This document shows positions 1 through 8,200 of a DNA stretch of 52,410 nucleotides, piece by piece. The position numbers were made by a program, and so were the translations under genes. The stretch is from a virus (taxonomy: Duplodnaviria; Caudoviricetes): positions 1-52,410 of IMG/VR virus record IMGVR_UViG_3300012953_000043; one strand, given 5' to 3'. The notes beneath the pieces are model-generated. The model was given only the letters and a program-made list of their open reading frames with translations. It did no database searches and had not been told where the DNA came from. Position 1 is the first letter of the stretch. Each line of letters begins with the position of its first letter.

Positions 1-126
1 GATGTTCAAGAAGAGTTAATGGATGCAATATTATATATTCAAGCTGCTAAAGAAGAACTACAAGAAGCTAGCTCAGGTAGTTTCAACCCAGGTATACCTT
101 ATTACGTGACAGATGTGGCGGGGTAA
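1..126 (+). CDS. Partial (3' end) phage protein, possibly a MazG-like/nucleotide pyrophosphohydrolase-like helical protein
   Basis: Frame 1 reads DVQEELMDAILYIQAAKEELQEASSGSFNPGIPYYVTDVAG* (TAA 124-126); EELMDAILY resembles the acidic helix of all-alpha NTP pyrophosphatases. Confidence 0.5.
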   Translation, partial: DVQEELMDAILYIQAAKEELQEASSGSFNPGIPYYVTDVAG

Positions 127-562
127 AAAGAAGAAAAAAGGACCAGTAAGAGCAAAGAAAACCGTCGTTGATGGTCTTTCTTTCGCTTCTGGCCTAGAAG
201 CTTATATGTATAAAGCTTTAAAAGCAGCTAATATAAAAGCTAAATACGAAGGAGAAACGTATGAACTAATACACACTTTTAAATTTCAAAGTGATGTATA
301 TGAGAGATGTGCAAATAGCAAAGGAGAATATAAAAATAGAGGAGATAAAAATGTTTTAGGAATAAAATATACTCCTGATTTTGTAGGTAGAGATTTTATA
401 ATAGAATGTAAAGGTAGACCTAATGAATCTTTTCCAATTAGATGGAAACTATTTAAAAGATATGTCCAAATGTATTTGCCTGGTTTTACAATTTACAAAC
501 CACAAAATCAAGCAGAGTGCGACGCAACTATAAACCTAATCCTATCCAACAAAAAGCAATAG
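113..562 (+). CDS. T7 endonuclease I-like PD-(D/E)XK nuclease (Holliday junction resolvase)
   Basis: FASGLE, KYTPDF and IIECKG motifs match the endonuclease I pattern. Confidence 0.8.
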   Translation: MWRGKKKKKGPVRAKKTVVDGLSFASGLEAYMYKALKAANIKAKYEGETYELIHTFKFQSDVYERCANSKGEYKNRGDKNVLGIKYTPDFVGRDFIIECKGRPNESFPIRWKLFKRYVQMYLPGFTIYKPQNQAECDATINLILSNKKQ

Positions 563-675
563 CAAGGATACAATACAAAAATAGACAAGTTGATAAGTTT
601 ATTAAATGGAGTATTGAACAAAAAGGATATTTGAAATATAGAGAATTAATAGAATTTGAAAAACAATATAAATAA
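517..675 (+). CDS. Small hypothetical protein (52 aa)
   Basis: Hand translation from GTG: MRRNYKPNPIQQKAIARIQYKNRQVDKFIKWSIEQKGYLKYRELIEFEKQYK*; stop overlaps the next ATG (TAATG). Confidence 0.55.
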   Translation: MRRNYKPNPIQQKAIARIQYKNRQVDKFIKWSIEQKGYLKYRELIEFEKQYK

Positions 676-851
676 TGGAATGGGACCTAAGTGTAGGATT
701 TTATCCTGGTATTCTTCTAGGTATGAGAACCTATCATGGTTATACTGAAGAAGGTGATTACAGAACATCCCATGTGTTTTACTTACCCTTAATTGATTTG
801 TGTATAAATATTTATCGTGAAAGAACAGACATTAATAGAAATGAAGAATAA
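675..851 (+). CDS. Small hypothetical protein (58 aa)
   Basis: Hand translation MEWDLSVGFYPGILLGMRTY...HVFYLPLIDLCINIYRERTDINRNEE*; translationally coupled (TAATG) and fills the gap. Confidence 0.6.
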   Translation: MEWDLSVGFYPGILLGMRTYHGYTEEGDYRTSHVFYLPLIDLCINIYRERTDINRNEE

Positions 852-1044
852 AGTCGAAGCATCGACTAGAGTTCTTCAGCAAATTATAAACGAAATAGGA
901 CATCTAAGAGAATTAGGTGTTGGAACACTTGAAACCGTAAAGTTAATGCCAGGTTATCAAGACGCCATCGATCAATTAAAAAAGAAGATGGAGGAAAATG
1001 TAGAAGAGAAAAAGAAAGCAAAAGAGAATGGAACTAGCGAGTGA
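817..1044 (+). CDS. Hypothetical helical protein
   Basis: ORF track; overlaps both neighbours, operon-like. Confidence 0.65.
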   Translation: MKEQTLIEMKNKVEASTRVLQQIINEIGHLRELGVGTLETVKLMPGYQDAIDQLKKKMEENVEEKKKAKENGTSE

Positions 1045-2890
1045 AATCTTATCTAATATTACAGTATATATGAAATATGCTAAGTATCTACCTGATGAAA
1101 AACGTAGGGAAACCTGGGAAGAATTAGTAGATAGAAATAAAGCAATGCATATTAAAACATATCCTGAACTAAAAGATCAAATAAATGATGTTTATAAATT
1201 AGTATATGAAAAAAAGGTTTTACCAAGTATGCGTAGTCTTCAATTCGGCGGTAAGCCAATTGAGATATCTCCTAACCGAGTATATAACTGCGCTTATCTC
1301 CCTATTGACCATGTAGATTCCTTTCATGAAGTAATGTTTTTACTTCTTGGAGGAACTGGAGTAGGGTATTCTGTTCAGAACCACCACGTAAGTAAACTAC
1401 CTCCTATAAATAAACCTTATGAAAAACGTAGGAGAAGGTTTCTTATCGGTGATTCAATTGAAGGATGGGCTGATGCTATTAAAGTATTAATGAAGTCTTA
1501 TATGGGTGATAGACGATCGTCAAGAATTAGTTTTGATTACTCAGACATAAGACCTAAAGGAGCTCAACTAGTGACGTCAGGAGGTAAAGCTCCTGGCCCA
1601 CAACCTTTAAAGGAATGCTTAGTTAAACTTAAAGGTATATTACAAGCTAAAGAAGATGGAGATCAATTAACTACGGTAGAAGTACATGACATTGTTTGTT
1701 ATATAGCTGACGCTGTATTAGCAGGTGGTATTAGACGCGCTGCTTTGATATCTTTATTTTCCGCAGATGATAATGAAATGATCGCTTGTAAATCTGGCAA
1801 TTGGTGGGAAACTAATCCACAACGAGGTAGAGCTAACAATTCTGCTGTGTTGATGAGACATAAAATTACTAAAGATTATTTTATGAAACTTTGGAAGCGT
1901 GTAGAACTTTCTGGAGCTGGTGAACCAGGTATATACTTTAACAACGACAAAGATTGGGGAACTAATCCTTGTTGTGAAATAGCTTTACGACCATATCAGT
2001 TTTGTAACTTATGTGAAGTAAATGCTAGTGATATTGAATCACAAGAAGACTTAAACAATAGAGTGAAAGCTGCTGCGTTCATTGGAACATTACAAGCTGG
2101 CTATACAGACTTTCACTATTTAAGAGAAATATGGCAAGAGACAACCGAAAAAGATGCACTGATTGGAGTGAGCATGACGGGGATCGGGAGTGGCACGGTG
2201 TTAGGATACGACATGGGGAAAGCCGCTCAAGTAGTAAAAAGAGAAAACACAAGAGTCGCGAAGCTGATTGGAATTAATAAAGCTGCAAGATGTACAACCG
2301 TGAAGCCTGCTGGGACAACGTCTCTGGCATTAGGAACTTCATCTGGTATTCACGCATGGCACAATGATTATTACATCCGTAGGATCAGAGTTGGAAAGAA
2401 CGAATCAATGTATAAATACTTAGCTGAACATCATCCTGAGTTAATTGAAGATGAATATTTCCGACCTCACGATACCGCTGTGATATCTATACCACAGAAA
2501 GCTCCTGAAGGTTCAATACTTAGAACTGAATCTCCATTTGATCTTTTAAATAGAGTTAAAAAGATAGCAACTGAATGGGTTAAACCAGGCCATAGAAAAG
2601 GATCTAATACTCATAATGTGTCAGCCACTGTAAGTTTACAACCTGAAGAATGGGTTGATGCTGGTGAATGGATGTGGGATAATAGAGAATACTATAATGG
2701 TTTATCTGTACTACCATTTGATGGAGGTACTTATACTCAAGCACCATTTGAAGACGTAGATGAAGGAGCTTATATAAATAGGTTACAACACTTAACTAAA
2801 GTAGATCTTAGTAAAATAATAGAAAATGAAGATAACACAGACTTATCAGGTGAACTAGCTTGTGCTGGTGGAGCTTGTGAGATTAAATAA
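1028..2890 (+). CDS. nrdJ: Class II (adenosylcobalamin-dependent) ribonucleotide reductase, no ATP cone
   Basis: YNCAY, GGIRRAALI, TNPCCEI (radical Cys), FCNLCE, TTVKPAGT, C-terminal CAGGAC redox pair; no nrdB in the window. Confidence 0.88.
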   Translation: MELASEILSNITVYMKYAKYLPDEKRRETWEELVDRNKAMHIKTYPELKDQINDVYKLVYEKKVLPSMRSLQFGGKPIEISPNRVYNCAYLPIDHVDSFHEVMFLLLGGTGVGYSVQNHHVSKLPPINKPYEKRRRRFLIGDSIEGWADAIKVLMKSYMGDRRSSRISFDYSDIRPKGAQLVTSGGKAPGPQPLKECLVKLKGILQAKEDGDQLTTVEVHDIVCYIADAVLAGGIRRAALISLFSADDNEMIACKSGNWWETNPQRGRANNSAVLMRHKITKDYFMKLWKRVELSGAGEPGIYFNNDKDWGTNPCCEIALRPYQFCNLCEVNASDIESQEDLNNRVKAAAFIGTLQAGYTDFHYLREIWQETTEKDALIGVSMTGIGSGTVLGYDMGKAAQVVKRENTRVAKLIGINKAARCTTVKPAGTTSLALGTSSGIHAWHNDYYIRRIRVGKNESMYKYLAEHHPELIEDEYFRPHDTAVISIPQKAPEGSILRTESPFDLLNRVKKIATEWVKPGHRKGSNTHNVSATVSLQPEEWVDAGEWMWDNREYYNGLSVLPFDGGTYTQAPFEDVDEGAYINRLQHLTKVDLSKIIENEDNTDLSGELACAGGACEIK

Positions 2891-2908
2891 TATAAATTTA
2901 GTCAAATT

Positions 2909-2943
2909 AAAAAAGGGGACCTCGTATTGAGATCCCCTTTTTT
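2909..2943. terminator. Bidirectional rho-independent terminator between convergent modules
   Basis: AAAAAAGGGGACCTC-GTATT-GAGATCCCCTTTTTT: GC stem flanked by A6 and T6. Confidence 0.85.
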
Positions 2944-2985
2944 GGTTACAGGAACTTTGGGTATGGTGCCCAGTTATTTTTGTTC

Positions 2986-3189
2986 CTACTTTATATTTCT
3001 ATACATTTCTCTATGTACGGGATCTTTTATACCAAACAATCCTAATTTCCCTTTAGACTTTGCTTTTTTACTTCTTGGTATTTTATATGCTTTCATTTGA
3101 TATTCTTTTCCATCAATTTCAACGCCATGAGTTTTTCTTTTAAGAAAATTTCCCCAGTCTCCTTCCATTTTTTTATTTCTATGTCCCAT
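2986..3189 (-). CDS. Small basic hypothetical protein
   Basis: ORF track; Lys-rich; last gene of the - strand block. Confidence 0.6.
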   Translation of the reverse strand: MGHRNKKMEGDWGNFLKRKTHGVEIDGKEYQMKAYKIPRSKKAKSKGKLGLFGIKDPVHREMYRNIK

Positions 3190-3190
3190 A

Positions 3191-4612
3191 TTATTTATAT
3201 TTTTTTACATAAGTACCATCTTGGTAAACTTGTATTACTATACCTTTATACCCGTCTTCAACCTCTTGACCCATTAAGTTTACTAATTTTTTTATAGGTT
3301 TTTCTTCTGAACTGATTGAGACTGACACGGGATGAAATGATTCGTATTGTCCATCATAATCAGTTTGTTTCAGACGATAATAAGAAGTTCCATATAGTGG
3401 ATTATCATCTATTATACTATATGACATTTGGCTATTACTATTCCCAGCTCCTGTCACAGTACCTATAGTATGCCAGTTTTCTATATTAACACTTCTTTGA
3501 ACTTCAAAGTAATCATTATTAACTTGAGATAAAATAATCCACTCTATTAAAACAATGGGGTGAAATTCTCCTCCTAAATGTTCTGCATTAAAAGAAATAA
3601 GATCTATAGGTAAAGCTGATCCTCCACCTTGGTGACCAAATATCGTGTTAGGTCTATAAGAATTTCTATAACCAATAGGAGATGGAGGTGTACCATCTTC
3701 ATAGTTATATACAACTGAATTTGATTTAGCTGTATATTGAAACTCTGGATAACTAGAAGCCCATGATCCATGATTGTTAACAACTTCAACTAATAGATTT
3801 TGAACACCATCATAACCATAAAGTCCTTGTAAGTTTATTTCATTCCAACCAGGTACAAAATTTAAAGTTCCATCATATACTTTTTTCCATCCATCCCATG
3901 GACCGTTTCCAGGTTCAGGTTTAGTACCATCATTAAATATCTCATCAGGCGTCATTGCCATCCATATCTCTTGATTATTTAAGGTCATTGAAACACTATT
4001 AGCTACATTCCAACTAATCTTTTCTATATTTAAAGGAGTGTTACCAAGTTCGGTAGCGGTATATATAGAAGCACTCCAACTATAATCATAATACCCATAA
4101 GCAGGAACTCTACCATTTTGTAATGTAGAATTTGGATCTCCAATTGTAACTTCATTAGAATTTCCACCACCACCACCGTTGTTAGGAGCAGGAGTTTTGT
4201 ATATCATTACTTCTGTAGAGCTAGTATTAGTAGCACAATTGTATTCGTTCAAATGAACATATAAAACACCTGTGTAAGTAGCTGTATATTTTATATAAGA
4301 AGTATATCCTGAACATCCGCTAAAATCATCATTAAAGTCAACAACAGCTCCTAATTCATTTATTAAGGTTAACTGTGTATCATACGAAGCGTTTACTCCA
4401 CCATAACCTGAACATGTAGAAAATTCATAGTCGTCTCCAGAAACTACATTAACTCTAATAACTTCACCAGCCCAATTAGCAGAAGTAGCCGAGCTCCAAA
4501 CATTATCACTCGGAGTATAAGCACTACTCGGATAATAATTAGTACCATTATCACATTGAGAATATCCTAATATAATAAGTAAAGTTAATATTAAAGTTAA
4601 TAAATGTTTCAT
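3191..4612 (-). CDS. Bacteroidota-type secreted protein with signal peptide and T9SS-cargo-like C-terminus
   Basis: N-terminal MKHLLTLILTLLIILGYSQ; PPC-like segment (YEFSTC...YDTQLTL...NDD); LPIDLISFNA...NNDYFEVQRS...YYRLKQTDYDG domain; tail LVNLMGQEV...IVIQVYQDGTYVKKYK. Confidence 0.7.
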   Translation of the reverse strand: MKHLLTLILTLLIILGYSQCDNGTNYYPSSAYTPSDNVWSSATSANWAGEVIRVNVVSGDDYEFSTCSGYGGVNASYDTQLTLINELGAVVDFNDDFSGCSGYTSYIKYTATYTGVLYVHLNEYNCATNTSSTEVMIYKTPAPNNGGGGGNSNEVTIGDPNSTLQNGRVPAYGYYDYSWSASIYTATELGNTPLNIEKISWNVANSVSMTLNNQEIWMAMTPDEIFNDGTKPEPGNGPWDGWKKVYDGTLNFVPGWNEINLQGLYGYDGVQNLLVEVVNNHGSWASSYPEFQYTAKSNSVVYNYEDGTPPSPIGYRNSYRPNTIFGHQGGGSALPIDLISFNAEHLGGEFHPIVLIEWIILSQVNNDYFEVQRSVNIENWHTIGTVTGAGNSNSQMSYSIIDDNPLYGTSYYRLKQTDYDGQYESFHPVSVSISSEEKPIKKLVNLMGQEVEDGYKGIVIQVYQDGTYVKKYK

Positions 4613-4890
4613 TTTTTCTTTTTCTTTTTATGTTTATTACAAAACGATTTAGCTTCACCTTTACTGCTAAAACCCCATTTCTTTAAAGCCATTCTTAAGT
4701 TAGTAGGTTCTCCATTAGGCTTAGTCATTCCACCTGACATTCCACTAAATCTACAAGCGAATTTTATTCTTGCAGGTGCAGTGCCACTAGTGTGTCTTTT
4801 ACTTAATGTTTTACCTGTTTCTTTTTTATGTTTAGCTCGCATCTTCCTGTTACGCGCTTCGTATTTTGCGTCTACACTTTTTTTAGCCAT
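4609..4890 (-). CDS. Small basic phage protein (DUF6321-like); likely start MAKKSVD at 4890
   Basis: FACRFSGMSGGMTKPNGEPTNLRMALKKWG resembles the phage motif FCARMxGMxG...PT...ALRKW. Confidence 0.6.
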   Translation of the reverse strand: MAKKSVDAKYEARNRKMRAKHKKETGKTLSKRHTSGTAPARIKFACRFSGMSGGMTKPNGEPTNLRMALKKWGFSSKGEAKSFCNKHKKKKKK

Positions 4891-5005
4891 TATTTCTTTT
4901 TCCTCTTTTATAACCTGGTATAGGTTCACAACTACCTTTTGCTAGTCTTTTAGTACCAGCTTTTCTTCTGTATCCTCTCCAACAAGATTTTTTCTTTTTA
5001 GCCAT
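4883..5005 (-). CDS. Small basic protein with CWxGY...C motif (40 aa)
   Basis: Hand translation MAKKKKSCWRGYRRKAGTKRLAKGSCEPIPGYKRGKRNNG*; ATG overlaps the upstream stop. Confidence 0.6.
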   Translation of the reverse strand: MAKKKKSCWRGYRRKAGTKRLAKGSCEPIPGYKRGKRNNG

Positions 5006-5283
5006 TATTTCTTTTTTGTTTTTACATGTAACTCTTTATCGATTATTCTACACCAACTTCTAAGTTCGTCTATTTCATCTTCGAGTTTCATGATGTGATT
5101 AGTTTGCCACTCTTGTTTTAGATCATATTCAATTCTGTCTATAACCGCAGGAGGTAAAGATTTAGCTTCTTCAATATCAGATTGTAAAGTGTAATACATT
5201 CCTACAAACGTAGCTGTGATTGCTATTATTTTAATTACGCTTTTTAAATCTAATTTTAACTCCGTATTCTCATTTACTTTCAT
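5005..5283 (-). CDS. Membrane-anchored coiled-coil protein (holin- or spanin-like, unconfirmed)
   Basis: One TM segment (VIKIIAITATFVGMYY) followed by a coiled coil. Confidence 0.55.
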   Translation of the reverse strand: MKVNENTELKLDLKSVIKIIAITATFVGMYYTLQSDIEEAKSLPPAVIDRIEYDLKQEWQTNHIMKLEDEIDELRSWCRIIDKELHVKTKKK

Positions 5284-5289
5284 ATGTTG

Positions 5290-8200
5290 TTACCAGTTAT
5301 CTGCTTTGTCAAAAGGGTCTTTATCGTCTTTGTCTCCCCAATTATCTTTATTAAATCTATCTTCCATCATTTGCTCAGAATTTTCTTCTAATATTTGTTT
5401 TTTCTCTGAAGCTCTTTTAGCGTCTTTATCAGCTTGATTAGTAACTTGCCACTCTGGCCAGCCCATTATAAGAGCATTAACTTTTAAAATATCTCCCGCA
5501 TCCCAAGCTGCTGGATCCATAGTTTTCAAACCTATAGCCCAAGCGTTGGCATATAGTTTTCTAAAGTTCTCTGTTGGAATATTAAAAATAGCCTGAAGAC
5601 TTTTAGTTGCAGCTTCAAATTTAGGATTATTAGGATCGTAAACTTTATAATCTATAGTATATTTCTTACCATTTCTAGTAACACTAGTTTGGTACTTAAT
5701 AGCATTAGCAGCTCCTAAAAATTGTTTTAGTTTACCTCCTATTGCTGGAGATAAATTTAAAAACTTCATTAAAGCTTTAGAATAATCAGGACCAGGCCAT
5801 GTACCTTCTTTTTGATATTGTTTATAAAGCTCTTCACCAGCTTGTAGTGAAACATCTAATAGTATTCCTGGCATTCCAAAACCTTGCATAACGTTTCCGC
5901 CTGCTGTTCTACCAGTTAACAACATCATTTCTTTAGCTTCTTCTTCACTATATCCACCAGCTAATAGCATAAATAAACCTCCTTGTCCAGCTGCAAAAGC
6001 TGCAGGTTGAAGAACTCCATAATTTAAAACTTTAGATAGATTTTCTTTTAAACTACCTCTTCCATTTTTTATATCTCTTAAAGATTTATCTATTTCTCTA
6101 GCATAAGCAAACTGTGTAGTATGAAATCCACCAAAGATTCTACCTCTCATGCTCTTTTGCCAATTACCTAAGAAACCTGGTAGACGAGATTGCTGATTTC
6201 GTTGTACTTTTTTGTAAACATCTTTCATTGCTTTAGCTCTCGCGTCCTCATAACTCATTCCTTTTTTAATATAAGTTTGAGTTCTATTATGTAACAATGG
6301 CGCACCACCAAAAACTATAGCTGCAATATCACCCATTTGAGCAGGTTTATACCCTTTTTCTAACATATAATTTAAAAAGGTTTGCATTTTATTACCTTTA
6401 GAGGTTTTCAATAGTTCAATTATCTCTGCTGAAGCTATTTCATTTCCACCACCTCTTCTAGCTCTTGCCCAATCATCATTCCAAATTTCTGCAACATCTT
6501 TCCAATATCTAGGTTGATTAGCAAAAGCTTTACCAGCTGCAAATATATTATTATCTGATACATTAATAAAGTTAGTAAGCGAAGTGGTTTGCATAGCCAT
6601 TGACCTAAAGTTTACACTCATTACCGCTTGTTGCCACTGTGTGAAGTAATTTAAATACTTTTGATCTTGAATATTACCTTGACCTAACCTATTAGTCCCA
6701 TCTCTCATGGTTTGTCTCATAGTGTTGAATTCATCTCCAAAAGCATTTCCTCTAGCTACTCGTATCTTGTTTTCATTTCTTTCTGGGAAAAGCAATGCGT
6801 CTGCTATATAGAAAGGTTGAAACACATTATCTCTAACTGAACCTCTAAGAGTACTATATAAATCTCCTTCGATACTACCAGCTTTCCAAGAAGCGTCATT
6901 AGTCATACCTTCATACGTGCCTAATTTACTAACACCTATTAATCGTTGAGAAAAAGCAGCTATTTCTGGATGTTCTGATAAATAATTATTTATAGCTGTT
7001 AAATCAGACTTTGCGATTCCATTTATTTCTGTACCTACAGCTTGCCACGCGCCGATCCTGATAACATCTTCTAATGTATATTCAGTACCTACTCCTTTTA
7101 ATTTTAGAACTTTATCTTTGTCTTTTAATATAGTATTATTTTCTTCTCTAAGAACATTATACTCTTTCCCCATTCTTATAGTTTCTCCTTCATGCTTCAT
7201 TTGATTATCAAGATAAACATCTAAATGGTTTTCATTTAAGTATTTTAATTGAGCCTCTCCTTGTTTACCAGGAGAAATAAGCCCGTAATATAAACCTTCC
7301 ATATCTTGATACTGAGGTCCTAACAAACCGGTTCTTTTTCCAGATTTTTCTCCTATTTGATGAGCTCTTACTGCAGAGTATTCTTTAATTCTGTCTATTC
7401 CAAAGCTTTCTTCTAGCAGTATATCTACAGCATTAGTTTTGTCTTCTAAACCAAACAGTTCAGAACTTTCTTCAATAATGTGTCTTTGTTCTCCAGCTAA
7501 ACCTAACTGATCTAAAGCTACTTCAAAAGCTTCTATAGTAGGTTTATAATCTTCAGATATATTTATTTTATTATAAAACTTACCACGTTGACCAGAAACT
7601 AGTTCTAATAACCCCATGATTACCTTTTTGTTGTCCCATACGTGATCACTAGCCCCTTCAATTAACGTTCCTTGAGTAGTAATTAAATTGTCTTCAGTAA
7701 AACCTTTAAACCCGTGGTTGTTCATCCACTCAACATAGTTTGCTCTTCCTGCTGGACCTCTTGCGGTAATTAAAAAGTAGTCTTCTGGTCTTCCTTCTTC
7801 AACTAGTCTATTCCAGGTATCTAATTGATATTGAAAATCTGGTCCTTCAACAGCTGTGTCCATGCTATTAAAACCTTCATAATCCCATGAGTCTGCTACA
7901 AAATCTTCAGCACTTTCTATTTCTAATTTTTTGGCATTAAATACATCTTGAGTAATTTCGTGTACAACTCCGTCTGTTGTAGTGTATTTTATAATAGTAT
8001 CTGATGAACCTAAAACATCATCAAAATCTGACATTTCCGCAGTAACTTCTTCCATTACCCCATTTAACACTCCAACTTCGGCATTAACTTCTTTAGTTGG
8101 TATACCTAGTTTTTTATCAACAGTACCTTCATGATTTTGAAACTCCTCACTCATTTGTGTTACGTGGTTAGCTTCAGTTTCAGTTAAACCCTTTATTTCA

